64,000 nt of DNA from the human T2T-CHM13v2.0 reference genome, Homo sapiens. The stretch lies in assembly GCF_009914755.1 (NCBI RefSeq), contig NC_060931.1. One strand, written 5' to 3'. The notes beneath the pieces were generated by a model. It was given only the letters and a program-made list of their open reading frames with translations. It was not told the DNA's origin and did no database searches. The position numbers and the translations under genes were made by a program. This document shows positions 13,498-30,754 of the stretch, piece by piece (positions within the stretch are counted from its first letter, which is position 1; each line of letters opens with the position of its first letter).

Positions 13498-14798
13498 AAG
13501 ATGAGTCCAGAGACATCAGATGAAAACTCATATTTTAGAATAGAGAGCAAAAAGTAAAATCAACGAGTAATCACCAGTCGGAAACAAATTATATTTTCTG
13601 ATGTCTTTTATCTTGGTCAAACTTTAGTCTTGAGAGTACAAAAGGAAGACAAGAAATAATCCTGTAGAATACAATTATAAGGCATTCTTCTTCCATTGGA
13701 AGAGCTTGGATTGGAGAGGCATAGTGGAGTTGAAGTCATCTTCACATATATATGGAGGGTGTGGGTGGTTGAGGAAGGGAGTGGGAGACGATGCTAAGAC
13801 ACTGGCAGGAAGTACACTTTGCACAGTCTTGACATTAGTCACCTAGGGTTCATGATTCTCATTCCAAGAATAAGTCATGATTTCTTTATTGCTTCTTATT
13901 TCAGTTCATTTTATTATGTGTAGCAGTATGAATAGACTTCTTACAGCAATATTGGAATAAAGATTAAATTTTATATGTTTAAATGTAACACGATAACCTT
14001 TTATCCTCAACCTTTCAGGCCTCCCTTGCATTGCTAGAGTCTTCATTTTAAAGGTGCAACTGCTAGTAAAACAATGGGTGTGCAGGGTACATTGGGATGG
14101 GATGGTGAGAATGGTCATTTCAAAACTACCCTCCATTTTATTGCCAGCATTATTTAACATTCTGGAAATGGGCCAACTTCGTCTCTGGAAAAATTTAAAG
14201 AGCTTAGCTGGGTTTCTCATCTGTCATGTTGTGGTGGAATTTTCTAATAAATAGCAAAGGTTTCAACCATAGATGTGGCTCACATGAGTTCCAACATATG
14301 GATAATAAAACTGAATAAACCTGTTTTCATTTATCTGACAAAGCAAATAACTTCTTTTTTGGTTATTTTCCTAGTTCTTGATGCAACATGTGACACGTCT
14401 CACTTCCTGGACTCTCCTCTTTTGCCTTCTGTAATCTTAAGTTTCTCCGAATTTTCCTAGGCCTTATAGTTTCCTTATAGCTGATTCATCTTCTTCTTTC
14501 TGTCATCACTTCTCATCCCCAGAGCTTAGTTTTGTTCCTCTGCTCTTTTCACTGTACACTTACTCTTTTAGAACACTTTAGTTTTTCATGGGCATGATTC
14601 CAAAATCAACATCTATATTCCTCCTTGTTCATTCAAATGTAGATCCTATACTTCTAACTACCTACAAGAATGCTCTTTGTAAGTGACCTTGCAGCTCCTC
14701 AAACTCAAAAAACATTTCATGCAGCAACTTAAAACAATGTAGTCACATTATTCATGTGTCAGTTTGGCAAGATGAATTAGTTTGAAAATACACATTCT

Positions 14799-15123
14799 GG
14801 CTGGGTGCTGTGGCTCACGCCTGTAATCCCAGCATTTGGGAGGCCAAGGCGGGCAGAAGACCTGAGGTCAGGAGTTCAAGATCAGCCTGGCCAACATGGC
14901 GAAACTCCGTCTGTACTAAAAATACAAAAATTAGCTGAGTGTGATGGCAGGCGCCTGTAATCCTCGCTACTTGGGAGGCTAAGGCAAGAGAATCACTTGA
15001 ACCTGTGAGGCAGAGGTTGCAGCAAGCCAAGATCACAACACTGCACTCCAGCCTGGGTGACAGAGTGAGACTCCATTTCCAAAAGAATAAATAAAATAAA
15101 AGTAATAAAATAAAATAATAAAA
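14799..15123 (+). mobile_element. AluSx/Sz
   Basis: Full dimer with (AATAA)n tail. Confidence 0.95.
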
Positions 15124-15255
15124 GTGTGGAGAATAAGGCCCCCCTGTGTTCTGTAGGTATGGCTATTTGTTAGTATGTTTATTTGGTAATATTTATTAAC
15201 ATTTAAAAGACATTTATTAAAATTTAAAAGAAATTATTTGACCTAACTCTTCCAT

Positions 15256-15573
<318 letters not shown>

Positions 15574-15618
15574 AGCTCTGCCATTAATATGAATTTCTCT
15601 CAGAAATACATGTTCATA

Positions 15619-15938
<320 letters not shown>

Positions 15939-15964
15939 TCATAAATATGTTTTAAAATTGCATA

Positions 15965-17656
15965 TAACACTACCCAAATAAATTGGCAGATTCAGTGCAA
16001 TCTTGATCAAAATATCAATGACATTCTTCACAGAAATAGAAAAAAAACCTTAAAATTTGTATAGAACCCAAAAAGATCCCAAACAGCCAAAGAAATCCTG
16101 AGAAAAAAAAAGAACAAAGCTGAAGGCGTCACACTACTAGACTTCAAAATATGCTACAAACCTATAATAACCAAAACAGCAGGGTACTGGCATAAAAACA
16201 GACACATAGTCCAATGGAAAAGAATAGACAACCTATAAGTGAATCCATACAGCCAACTGATTTTTGATAAAGGCACCAAGAACACTCATTGGAGGAAAGG
16301 ACAGTCTCTTCAATAAATGGTGCTGGGAAAACTGGATATTCATATATGCAGAAGGATGAAACTAGGCACTCATCTCTCATCATATACAAAAATCAACTAA
16401 AAAGGATCAAATACCTAAACGTAAGAGCTGAAGCCATTAAAATACTAGGAGAAAATACAGGGGAGACGCCTGAGGATATTGGTTTGGGAAAAGATTTTAT
16501 GAATAAGACCTCAAAAGCACAGGCAACAGAAGCAAAAATAAACAAATGGGATTATATAAAATGAAGAAGCTTCTGCATAGCAAAGGATATAATCAACAGA
16601 GTAAAAAGACAGCCTACAGAATGAGAGAAAATATTTGCAAACTATTCATCCAACATGGGATTAATATCCAAATATACAAGGAGCTCAAACATCTCAACAG
16701 CAAAAAACCCAAGCAATCTGATTTTTAAATGGTCAAATGATCTGAATGGGCATTTCTCAAAAGAAGACACATAAATGGCCAACAAATATAGGAAAAAATG
16801 CTCAACATCACTAATCATCAGAATCAAAACCACAGTGATCCATTTAGGATGGCCATTATCAAAAAGACAAAAAATAAATTCTGGTGAGGTTGCAGAGAAA
16901 TGAGAACACATACATTGTTGGTGGGAATGTAAATTAGTACAGCCACTATGGAGAACAGTATGGAGGTTCTGGAAAAAACTACAAAGAGAACTACCTAACG
17001 ATCCAGCAATCCCACTACTAGGCATTTATTTAAAGGAAAGGAAACCAGTATATCAAAGAGCCATCTGCACCCCCAAGTTTATTGCAACACTATTCACAAC
17101 AGCCAAGACATGAGATCAACATAGGTGGCCCAAAACAGATGAACGAACCATAAAGAGCCATAAAGAAAATGTTTACATACATATTTGAATATTATTCAGC
17201 CATAAAAAGAAATCCTGTCATTTGCAGCAACATAGATGGAACTGGAGGTCATTATGTTAAGTGAAATAAGGAGGAACAGAAAGGTAAACACTGCATGTTC
17301 TCATTCACATGTAGAAGTTAAAAAAAAGTTGATCTCATAGGAGTAAAAAGTAGAACAGGAGATACTAGAGGCTGTGAAAGATAGAAGGAAGACGGGTATA
17401 GGGAGAGACTTGCTAAAGGATACAAAATTACAGCTAGATAGAATAAATAAGTTCTTGTGTTCTATGCCACTGTAGAATGACTATAGTTAATAACATATAG
17501 TTTCAAACAACTAGAAGGAGGATATTGAATGTTCCCAACACAAAGAAATGATAAATGTTCAAGATGATAGATATGTTAATTACCCTGATCTGATCATTTT
17601 ACATTATTATTATGTAACCCAAAAAATATGTAAAATTATTATATGTCAGTTAAAAA
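15965..17656 (+). mobile_element. L1MA (MA3-like), 5'-truncated, ORF2 end plus 3' UTR
   Basis: Remnant ..[25 protein letters not shown]; 3' UTR GGATACAAAATTACAGCTAGATAG..CCCAACACAAAGAAATGATAAATG. Confidence 0.9.
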
Positions 17657-17659
17657 TGA

Positions 17660-17851
17660 AGCTGGGCACAGCGGCACACACATGAAGTCCCAGTACTCAG
17701 GAAGCTGAGAAGGGAGGATTGCTTGAACCCAGGAGTTTGAGGCTGTAGGGCACTATAATTGTGCCTGAATAGCCACTACACTACAACCTGGCAACATAAG
17801 GAGAGACCATCTCAAAAATAAAAATTAAAATTAAAAAAAGAAAAAGAAAAA
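17660..17851 (+). mobile_element. FAM monomer
   Basis: GAATAGCCACTACACT segment, A-rich tail. Confidence 0.8.
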
Positions 17852-18519
17852 TTTCATACAAGAATTTGCATTGCAGCAATGTTTTGTAGTTGTAAGTAAT
17901 AATAGTGGCAAAAACAACACCATAAACAATCCTGCTAAATACAGCCAAAATACTTATCAATACAGAATTGGTTAAGTTTAACTGAGTACAGAATTGGTTA
18001 AGGATAAGTGAGTACAGTGAAAAACGATGCAGCTTTTAAAAAGAATGAGGCACACCTGGAAAGCTCTAGCTTAAAAATATACTATTAATGGCAACGTAAA
18101 TAAGAGTTGGTAGTGTATGATCATTATTTGTGTGAAAGAAACTTTTAAGGAAGAATACACAAGAAGCAGTGAATAGTCACTAAGATTTGAGAGTGGGAAT
18201 GGGAAAAGGAAGAAGATTTTTACTTTTCAATGTAAATCATATTGTATTGCTGAATTTTAAAAAAATACTTTTATTGTTAACATTAGAAAAAAACCACTCC
18301 TTTCTTTCCTACAAATTTATCTCCTGGTTTCCCCAATTTCATTTGCATTACTCTTTTAACACCATGGCTTAGGAGTTTGAAATCAGCCTTGATTCCTCTT
18401 TCATTTTTGACTGTCTTGTGGAGTCACCAAATCCCCTTCCTCCTCCACAGTGTCTCTTAGCTTCATCTTTCCATCTCCATTAAGGTTGCCTTTCCCTGAT
18501 TCTGAACTTATTTGCAGTG

Positions 18520-18665
18520 AGAACGTGGGTAAGCCACTTAATCACCCTTTAATTTGTTCATATGTAAAATAAGAATAATAACTTCTACATAGTGAAGAGG
18601 GGTTATTTTAGGATTAAATTATGTAAGAAAACCAAAATTATGGCATAGAGTGTGTGCTCAATAAA
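18520..18665 (+). mobile_element. MIR
   Basis: CATATGTAAAATAAGAATAATAAC core-like segment. Confidence 0.6.
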
Positions 18666-20264
18666 TACCATTTTCTACTTTCTCTCTAGGGTTTTTTCCT
18701 ATTGCTACTATATCCTCTAATTCATACTACATGCTGCTATCAAGTTTAATTTTCTGAAATACTGTTTTCATCATTGAATTCCTTTGCTAAGTCCCTTTTG
18801 TGCTATGACCCTACTCCGGAATCACAGATTGACTAAACTGGCATCATGACAGCTGGTGAGCTGGTGAGGCTCTTGGAGAATTTCTTCTGAAGGAGAAGAG
18901 ATGGTTGTTGCTCTTACCATGGATCTGGACTGGCAGAGTTAGGGGTTACCCCTGGAACAAGTTTTCCCACAGTCAAACCCCTTAACATCCATCCTTGAGA
19001 CCCTTTTGTAAACTCTCCTTGCTGTAATTTGAGTAGAAAGTCATCAGTAAGCAGGGGAAGCCTCAACTGCTCTACTCATTACCCAAGATCTTGCATCAAT
19101 CAGCTTTACCGTATCTATTTTATTTTCTTTTCCACTTTTCTTTAATTTGATTCAAGTCAATCCATTTCTCTGCAGTCTTTCCCATGCTCATTTTCAAAAC
19201 AGAAAACTTTTCTTGGTGCAAAAGTTACACATGGTCATTGCAAAAAAAAGCGTTTTTTTCAGGGTAAAATGGAAAGTTCCCTTCTATCACGCCAATTTTA
19301 CTTGTTAACAAAAAAGCTAACCAAGAGTTATTTATGATAGAAATTTTGGTAGTGTTAGTAGGCTTAGATGAGAAGAGAAACTGTAATTGTTCACCTTTTG
19401 TACCTGTTTCAATAGCACTGATCTTTTTTTTTTTTTTTTTAAGGTTTTGGTGAATGTGAGGCAAAAATGCCATTCTCTGGATGTGCTCATAGGACAGATT
19501 AAATACTACTATTCCAATTGCTGAACAGAGGAACTAGAAACAAAGAACCTCTAAAATGAGAAAAACAGATAAGCTTTGTATAGGAGATCCCCAGAGCCAA
19601 CCAAAGATTGGGTAAAAGGAGATACTACCTGGCTCTGCCAGGTATTCAATATTGAATACCTCAGTTTCTCCCAATTGAAGTGTGTAAGAATGAACTGGGG
19701 CCTACCTTGCCTCCATTGGCCTTGAACCTTCAGGGCCCTGGTTTCTTCTGCATGTAGATCATTTCCTAGGAACTGCTCTGCCTCCTGAGCCCCAGATACA
19801 ATATTTCTTGGGATGATCAACGTTCTTACAGATCAGCACTGCTCCTGCCACCAAAATTCTCCATAGGCGCCCTTAAATAAATACAATTCTTACACTTGGT
19901 TGTGCAACTGAATTGGTCTTTGATTTATATACACATTAAAAAGTGTATTACTGTGTGGCATATAATTTAGAATTGATTAAATGTGATAGTATGGTCATTA
20001 AAACAATACATGGCATCAGACATTTGGTTACAAACATAACCCTGTTATTGCAGCATTGCTCCTATGCGAAAATCACAATATTTTCATTTATTATACCTCT
20101 TTGACTAATGCGACCCATTGTAAGTTTAAGTATTTCTTGTCCTAGTGTTACTATTTATAATCATTGAAAGTCTGTTGAATTCATTAAGAAGAGATTGATT
20201 ATGAGAATATTGCCAACTCTAATGTATTATTTGTCGGGTAATCAAAATTTTAAAAACAGAGAGA

Positions 20265-20676
<412 letters not shown>

Positions 20677-22183
20677 TCACCATATTAATTAATACTAATT
20701 AATAATTGACTTTTATGTACTTGCAGTCAGTACTACATTGCCCTGTTTTAAAAAATAGAAAACAGTATTCCCAATGGCTTTTCTCTTTTGTTCTGTAACA
20801 TTAAAAATTTTTTACTTTGACACCCTGCTGATCCAATCTAATCCAGCAAGGAAAGGCAGGCAAAGTCAGAGGACAGACCATTGTGAATTTTATATCCCTT
20901 TCTAGACACACAACTGTAAGCTCAAAAATTCATTCTCTTATACATTTTACTTGAATTAGTTATCAACTCCAAATTTCATGTTCCACCTCTTTGCATATTT
21001 ATAGAGCCCTTAAAAGTCTTCAAAACAAGTTCAGTCCTATTGGCTTGTCCTTTCATATTCCAACACTACGTTGTCACATACAAAAGTCTGACTATACAGT
21101 GCGTCTTCCAGAGCATATTATTAAGATGCTAAGTGATACCAGGCTCAGCAGTGAAGGCTAAGACCACTTTGGTAACCCTTTCCTAATGTCAAATATTCCT
21201 TTTTGTCTTTCCTGTTGGTTTGAAAAAACTCATTTCCTTATATTCAAGTTTTTAGACACTTTTTCTCTGAGTCTGTAAGAGGAAAATTTTTGACAGCAGA
21301 AAATATGAATTGAACTTTCTCACATCTATTGTGAGTGTGGGGATAACAACTCAAGATCTCTGGTTTATATAAAAGAAATAAACATCTCTTTTCATGCAAT
21401 TTTCTTAGCAAGTTTGCTGTGATTGGTCTTTTATCATCCATTCATTCAACATCGATTGATGACCTAAAATGTGCCTTTACCTCAACATTTTCCTAAATCC
21501 TATGATAATTTGGTGTTTTGTTTTATTTTACAGCTTTGGGAATAAAACATTGTTTTAAAATTCAAAATAAATTATGTAAATGATAACCCTTATTTATGTT
21601 CTTTTTTGGGTAAAACCTAAAGGATTATTGATAGATGATTTCTCTCAATAAAAATTTATAAATACCCCTCAGAGGGCCTTGGAATGACCTTCCTTTCACT
21701 TTTCCTGCTGATGAGACTTCAGATGTGGTGGTGCTATTTGAGGTCATATGCACACATGTAACCACTCTAAGAGGATATAGAACAAGATGGAAGAAGCCAG
21801 AGTCTGTGAATCATGAAGACCCCATATTAGCCCCAATAAGATATTCTTAGTTTTGTGTTGAATGATACTACCTTCGATTGTAGCCTTGCAACTTGTACAA
21901 TAAAGAAGTTAGACTCATTAATCCACGGTGTTCAAGACTTCTCAAAAAAATTATGGTTGAATTTTTAGCTAATGAGGAATGTGAATCAATATTAAAACTA
22001 CATAGTGACGATTTTTTCCCCTAAATGTTCTGGGTGGTTCCAACTTTAAATAATTTATGCTATTTTTCCTGTACTGCATATAAACTGGTAAGACCCTGCA
22101 AGATGTTTTGAGTGGAAAAATACTATACAGTTACTGAAGCAGATAGCTTCAGTTGCAAATAACTGAAACTGCAAATCAAATAG

Positions 22184-22477
<294 letters not shown>

Positions 22478-22649
22478 TAGGTTTTAAAATAAAGAAAGTG
22501 TTAAGTCTCAGGCAACTGAAAAGTTCAGAGGTAGGCCTCAGGGAAGGCTTGGTCTGGCTTCATTTCTTTGAGAAATGTCTTGGCTCTGCTATTCTCAGTA
22601 ATCTCCATCACTAGGTTAGATTTTCCTCATGAGAACCAAGGTAGGGACT

Positions 22650-23090
22650 TCTATTGCTTCTGATAGAATTTTTAGCTAGATCCATGATTGCCCAGTTAAA
22701 GGCTACCTTTCCAAGTCCCATTGCAGTTGGGTGTGAACACATGCCCAGGTCTGGCTAACAGGAGATGTGCAGAAATAAAGTATGTAGTTTCTGAGTCTTT
22801 CCCTAAAGAAAAAGAGTGTGCCCTCTTTTCACCATTTTCCTCCTTCTCATTGGATAGAATTTAACCATGGGTAATGCATCACCTTGAATCATACAGTTGA
22901 AGGTGATACCTTTAAGGCAAAACCATCCAAATCCTACAGATTAAGGCAGAGCAAGAGGAAAGTTTCCTGGGTCCCTGATACTGTAGAACTGCCATGACAG
23001 CCATTCTACAGTTTATGCCTTAACAGTAATGTGTGAAAGAAATATGCATTTTGTTCAAACCACAATTATTTTGGGTGTCTGTAGAGTAGC
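22650..23090. mobile_element. ERVL LTR16/LTR33-like remnant
   Basis: GCTACCTTTCCAAGTCCCATTGCAGTTGGGTGTG..GGAGATGTGCAGAA. Confidence 0.55.
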
Positions 23091-23163
23091 CAGCCTGGAC
23101 CCTGGGGGTCTCTGAAACGTTTTTTAGTGTTCCCTGAGGTCAAGACTATGTTTACAATAGTAC

Positions 23164-23650
23164 TGTGATCGGCTGAATAATGCTGGCCTGCAAAGATGTC
23201 CATGTTCTAATTCAGGGGACCAGTGGATGGATATGTTACTTTACTTGGCAAAAGGGAATTTGCAAATGTGTTTAAGTTAAGGATCTTGAAATGAGGAGAT
23301 ATCCTTGGATTATCTGGGTGGGCCCAGTGTAATCACAGTGTCTTTATAAGAGAGAAGCAGGAGCATAGAGTCAAAGAAGAAGCTGTGATGACATTACGTT
23401 GCTGACTTTGAACATGGAGGGTGGGGCCACAAGTTAAGGAATGTGGGCAGCTTCTAGAAGCTGGCAAAGGCAAGGAAATGGATTCTCTCCTAGAGCCCCC
23501 TGAAGGAACCCTTCATGCTGACACTTTGATTTTAGCCCAGTGAGACTGATTTTGGACTTCTAACCTCAGAAGTGTAAGATAATAAATTTGTATTGTTTTA
23601 AGCCATTAAATTTGTGTGAATTTGTTACAGCAACAATAGGAAGCTAATGC
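23164..23650 (+). mobile_element. MLT1D MaLR LTR
   Basis: CAAAGATGTCCATGTTCTAA..GGCAAAAGGGAATTTGCA; AATAAATTTGTATTGTTTTAAGCCA. Confidence 0.88.
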
Positions 23651-24029
23651 AGATATTTGAATGCTATTTGTCTTTTTCTCTCTCATTTTCTCCCAAGCAT
23701 AAAGGGGAGTATTCCAAGGGCTAGATGATATATTCTAACAACACAATGAGTGCATCAGATATTAGGATCTAGCTGTCTTCTATTACACTAGATATTAAAA
23801 GTATTTACAAAAATATGAAACAATGCCAATCTTCTCACTAATTTTTGGGGGAGAGACCATTCAGCTGCAGACACCAGCAAAATACCTGGGGACTGGTCCA
23901 GTTACCCTTAGCAGTCATCAGTCTAGAATAAAACATTTGAAGGGGGGGATAGGGCTGGGAATGTCATTGTTTTTTCATTTAAAACTATGTTGTTTATATT
24001 AACCTGTAAGGGGTTTATTATTGTTATTT

Positions 24030-24317
24030 ATTTTTTAGAAACAGATTCCCATTCTGTTGCCTATGCTGGAGTGTAGTGGTGCAATCACAGCTGCAGCCTC
24101 AAACTCCTGGACTCAAACGATCCTCCTACCTTAGCCTCTGGGGTAGCTAGGACTACAGACATGCATCACTATGTCCAACTAATATATATATTTTTTTGTA
24201 GAGATGAGATCTCACTATGTTGCCCAGGCTGGTCTCAGACTCCTGGCCTCATGGGATCCTCCCACCTTGGCCTCCCCAAAATGCTGGAATTATAGGCATA
24301 AGCCACCATACCTGGCC
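24030..24317 (-). mobile_element. AluJ
   Basis: Diverged antisense dimer. Confidence 0.88.
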
Positions 24318-24378
24318 TAATATTATGTTAAATGAAGTAATAGTTTCAAAGTTCTCAGTGTTAATTTAAATAAAGTAG

Positions 24379-24720
<342 letters not shown>

Positions 24721-26659
24721 TTCGGTCCTCAATAATTTTAAAGGGTATAAAATGATCCTCAGACCAGAAAATTTGAGAATTGCTAATACAGCCTAAACAA
24801 TGTAGTGGCAAAATTGGCTACAGTAATTTTAGAGAACAAATTCACTCACCAAATCCTATAAAAGAGAGAGCTTTCTCCCAAAATGTCAAATAGAAGTAAC
24901 AGCTTTCACTCTGGTTGAACCAATTTAGGATCTGTGCCCACTTTTTGTACCAATCATTGTGACAAGGGGCTGGATTACTCAGATGAGTAATCACACCTGG
25001 AGCTGGGGGTGGCTCAGTCCCACTTACAATACGTAGCTGCTACCTGGTGGGAGAAGAATTATATGAATGCCAGGGAGTTGGCCATGTTCATTACAGTTAC
25101 TAGGAAAATAATAATAATGACGACAGCAAGGATATAGCACTTATTGTCAGGCTCTATTCTAAGCTCAATTTTCACAACCACCCAGTAAGAAAAGCAGTAT
25201 TATTATTTATTGTAGCATGTGATGTACTTCTGCCACCACTTTGAATATATGCTTGAGGAACATCAAAATGTTTAACCTCCCTATGGTTTTGACTGCAGCC
25301 TTACCATTAGCATACGCTAGTAGTAGAATGCAGTGGTTAGAGCACAGGCTCTGGGTTCAGACAAATTTACTGACACTGTCCAGATTTTGGCTGAAGATTT
25401 TTGCTGAGAAAATGAAGTGGTTCTATAACTGCATAATATCCTTTATAATCTCCCATAGTATTTGTTAGCGAGGAAAAATTGGATTTTAACTTAATAGTCT
25501 AATTTAAGTCAGTAGTTAAATTGTCTCTTTAGACTTAAATTTCCATTTCTTTGGAGGCAGTGCTCACTCTGTCAGATTTCTGGCCCCTCTGGTCCTGATG
25601 GTGCTAAGTGTTTTGGGGGACAGGTGGGGAGGGGAGTGATGTGAACGTCTGTGGTGGAGGATGGTGAAGTCCTAAGAGTGACATCCTGAGCTGGTGACCA
25701 CTAAAGGTGTCTGAACCAGTCCCCAGGTATTTTGCTGGTGTCTGCAGCTGAGGAAGGGGAATGGTCTTTTCTCTTGGCTTGGTTAGGTTGTCCTTCTCTT
25801 CTCAACACCTCAACCCTGCCTTGGCCTTCACTGGGCCTGAGGGCACCTTGGACATGAATACTTTTGGCAAATTCTCCAGACCCTATACTCACGTCCATGT
25901 CATGCTCCCCCAACCTCAAATATCCCATGTGGAAATTGATATCCCCTAGTGCAACTAAAATGAGGCCCCTCCCCTGCCTAAACATGCTGCGTTCTGAATT
26001 TACTTCAACATGGCTGCCTCCATGTTGGCACAAGACCAAGACAGTTCATGTGGGTGATTCCTTCCCAGAGTCCTTAGCAGAAAGGGGAACAGAAGCCCCT
26101 TTAATTTAGACTTCCTCTCACCTTATCTGTAACTCCTCTTCTCTCAGGGGTATTGGCACAGAGAGGGAAGATTGGGACACATATCTCACCCTGCCAATCT
26201 AACTCTGCTCTTCTCTTCACAGACCACTGAGAGAGGACAGAGGGGGCTTTTTCATGTTATCTAGATCTCTCCTCTATGAAAGTCTCTGATCAAGTCTTCC
26301 ATGTATGCTTCTTGATATGGTAGAGGAGGAGATAAGAAAATTTGGAAAAATCCTTTTCTTTATTGACAAAGCCTGGTGATTTCAAGTCTATTGTCCTGCT
26401 AAGGCATTAAAAATCTCAGTTTGGATGTCAAAAGCTGAATATTAACTCTCTCTTTCTTTTTCTTTCTTGTTTTCTTTTCCGCTGTAACAATCCTAAACTT
26501 ACACCCTCACCTGCTCCCCAGCTCATCCAAGTCCCTCAGTACGCCCCAGGCGCTGTAGGGAGAAGGTTGTATACCTATGACAGAAAAGTATACAACATGA
26601 AAATACATATGTGGAAGAAAAGGGCACATTCATACATTTTATAAGGTTTTCCTGTGACA

Positions 26660-26880
26660 TGGACAAACTAGCTTAGAATTCTGGCTTTGTTACCTATTAG
26701 TTGTATGCCCCTGGGCAGGTTAACATCTCTAAGCTTTCTTTAGCTTCTTTGCATGTAACACAAAGAAAACAAAAAAGTATCTACCTTATAGATTTGTGAT
26801 GAGGGTAATATAAATGTATATAGGTTACTTAGCAGAGTTCTTGGTTCTTGGTCAGTGTTCCATAAATGTTATTTATTATA
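26660..26880 (+). mobile_element. MIR
   Basis: CTGGGCAGGTTAACATCTCTAAGC..TACCTTATAGATTTGTGATGAGG. Confidence 0.65.
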
Positions 26881-27149
26881 TTATTAACACATATGTTTTA
26901 TCACATGCCTGCCAATATCAGTTATATATGCACCGGATATAACACTTGCAATGTGAAAATACATGCTGATGACTCTATATGTATTGTTCTTGAATTAGCA
27001 ATTTAGTCTATGCTTGGGATTAAGTTGAACTAAGTTTATATTGTGAGAAAATGTTACTCAATGACTTGTTAAATCACTTTATCAGCATTTTGCTTCCTAC
27101 CAGTGCCGTCCAGTTTTTATAAACTATGCAAAATAAGATTTCAGAATGT

Positions 27150-28460
<1,311 letters not shown>

Positions 28461-28559
28461 TTGGTATCCACTCCATTGACTTTTGCACTTTCTCTACCCA
28501 GACCAGACCAGATGGACATGTGAACTTAATCTTTTTTTTTAAAGGCATTTCTGATTTAG

Positions 28560-29320
28560 CATGTGGAATCTATCCATTCTACTTCCCAAATATATCTCAT
28601 GTGTGCGCTTTTCCCCATATTAACTGCTACCACTCCAGTCCAAGTCTCCATCAACTCTTATCTGGACTCCTATATTGACCTTCCACGAGGTCTCCCCTTT
28701 CCTCTCTTTATCATTCCAATTAGTACTCAAATGAGCCGCCAGAGATATAATGTAAAATTAAAATCTCATAATGTCATGTCACTCACTGGTCTTAAATCCT
28801 GAATGTTTCCAGAATAAAATTCAAAATCCGTAATGATCCCAAGCCTGCATGATTTGCCTTGACAGTACTTCCTCATTTCTTGTTTAGAAAAATTATACTC
28901 CAGCCTCTCCAGACTTCTTTCTGTTTATTGGACTCACAAAGCTCTTTATTGCCTTAAAGCCTGGACTAATGATCTCTGCCTGGAATGTGTACTTCTCTCC
29001 ACTCTTCATTTAGCAATAATGCATGCTTTAGCTCTGCGCTTACAAAGTCACTTCCATGAAGAAGCTTTTGCTGACTTCCACACCTTTATTCTCTCTCATT
29101 GATCTTTGCACTTTTATTTCCTAACCGTTATTATATCATGTACTTATTTATTTATTTGTGTGTGCTCCTTTTAAATGTCCGGTTTCCCCACTAGAATGTA
29201 GGCTCCCTGAAGGCAGAGGCATGTGTGTTTTGTGTTGTTACTGTATGTTCTATGCCTAGGGCAGTATCTGGTACATTTAAAAATGATCAATAAATGACTG
29301 TTGAACAAATACATAGTCAA
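28560..29320 (+). mobile_element. L2
   Basis: CCCCACTAGAATGTAGGCTCCCTGAAGGCAG..CAATAAATGACTGTTGAA. Confidence 0.7.
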
Positions 29321-29467
29321 TACCTGCAAAATAAGAGTGTTTAGTTTATTTATTCTCCAACTCTTCATTAAACATTTGTTGAATCCCTATTAGTCCTAAA
29401 TGCTGGGAATAAAAATATGAGCAAAATCCTGTCCCTGCTCTTTAGGAGGTCCCAGTTTATTGGGACA

Positions 29468-29655
29468 GTGCAGTGGACTGAATGGTGGCCAAAATATCAG
29501 ACCCTAATCCTCCCTAGAACCTGTAAATGTTACAATATTTGGAAAATGGGTCTTTGCAGATATGATTGCAGATATTGAGATGGAGAGATTATCCCTGATT
29601 ATCCAGGTGGGCCATAAATGCCAATCCTTATAAGAAGGAGGTGGAAGGAGATTTT

Positions 29656-29704
<49 letters not shown>

Positions 29705-30010
29705 AGAGAGAGAGAGAGAGAGAAGGTCATGTGAAGATGGAGACGGAGATTAGACTGATGCAGCCACAAGTCAAGGAATGCCAGAAGCCCAAGTCAAGGA
29801 ATGCCAGCAGCCACCAAAGGCTGAAAGAGACAAGGAACTGTTTCTACCCTAGAATCTCTGGAGGGAGTACCGCCCTGTTGATACCTTGATTTTAACACAC
29901 TAATACTGATTTGAGACTTCTGGCCTCCAGGAGTGGAAGAGAATAAGTACCTGTTCTTTTAAGTCACCCAGACTCCAGTAATTTATTACAGCAGCCATAG
30001 GAATAGAATG
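29468..30010 (+). mobile_element. MLT1 (B/C/D) MaLR LTR
   Basis: TTTGGAAAATGGGTCTTTGCAGAT; ACTTCTGGCCTCCAG..ACAGCAGCCATAGGAA. Confidence 0.85.
29656..29722 (+). repeat. Compound (CA)n(GA)n microsatellite
   Basis: Direct reading. Confidence 0.97.
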
Positions 30011-30320
30011 CAGACAGTGATGCAAGTAAATAAATCCTTGCAGAATAACATTAAATATGGAGGTAAGAATCAAGGTGGTGGATGGTTGCAGAGGAAGGAA
30101 CTGTCTGGTAGGTGTCTGGGAGGGGTCCCAGAGGCAGAGACACTAAGCTGGTTTTCAAAAGGTAAGCCATCATTTTCCAGGCAGCGTTGGGGTCAGTGCA
30201 CAAGGAGGTGATTCCTGGCAGGCACTGCAGCATGTGAAAGTCATGGGGACACATAGAGCATGGCCTCTTCAGAGAAACGGAATATCTGGGTTCAGTTGGA
30301 GAGTCAGGAAGAGAGAAAAA

Positions 30321-30754
30321 GTATTAGGCTGTTTTCACATTGCTATAGAGAAATACCTGAGACTGGGTAATTTATTTAAAAAAAAAAAGAAATAAAGAGG
30401 TTAAATTGGCTCATGGTTCTGCAGGCTGTACAGGAAGCATGATGCCGGCATCTGCTTGGCTTCTGTGGAGGCCTCAAGAAACTTACAATCATGGCAGAAG
30501 GCAAAGTGGAGAAGGCATCTGACATGGCAGGAGTGGAAGCAAGACAGAGAGCGACAGGGGAAGTGCAGCACACTTTTAAACAACCAGATCTCGGGAGAAT
30601 TCTGTCACAAGAACAGAACCAAGAGGATGGTGCTAAGCCATTCATGAAGGATCCACCCACATGATCCAATTACCTTCCACCAGGCTCCACCTCCAACACT
30701 AGGGTTTACAATTGGACCTGAAATTTGGGTGGAGACACAGATCCAAACCATATC
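30321..30754 (-). mobile_element. MSTA/MSTB MaLR solo LTR
   Basis: GAAATACCTGAGACTGGGTAATTTAT; ends ACACAGATCCAAACCATATC. Confidence 0.9.

Noticed and set aside
19860-20250. AT-rich stretch vaguely resembling a decayed hAT transposase end
   Set aside because: No convincing translation or terminal repeats by eye; needs a Dfam search
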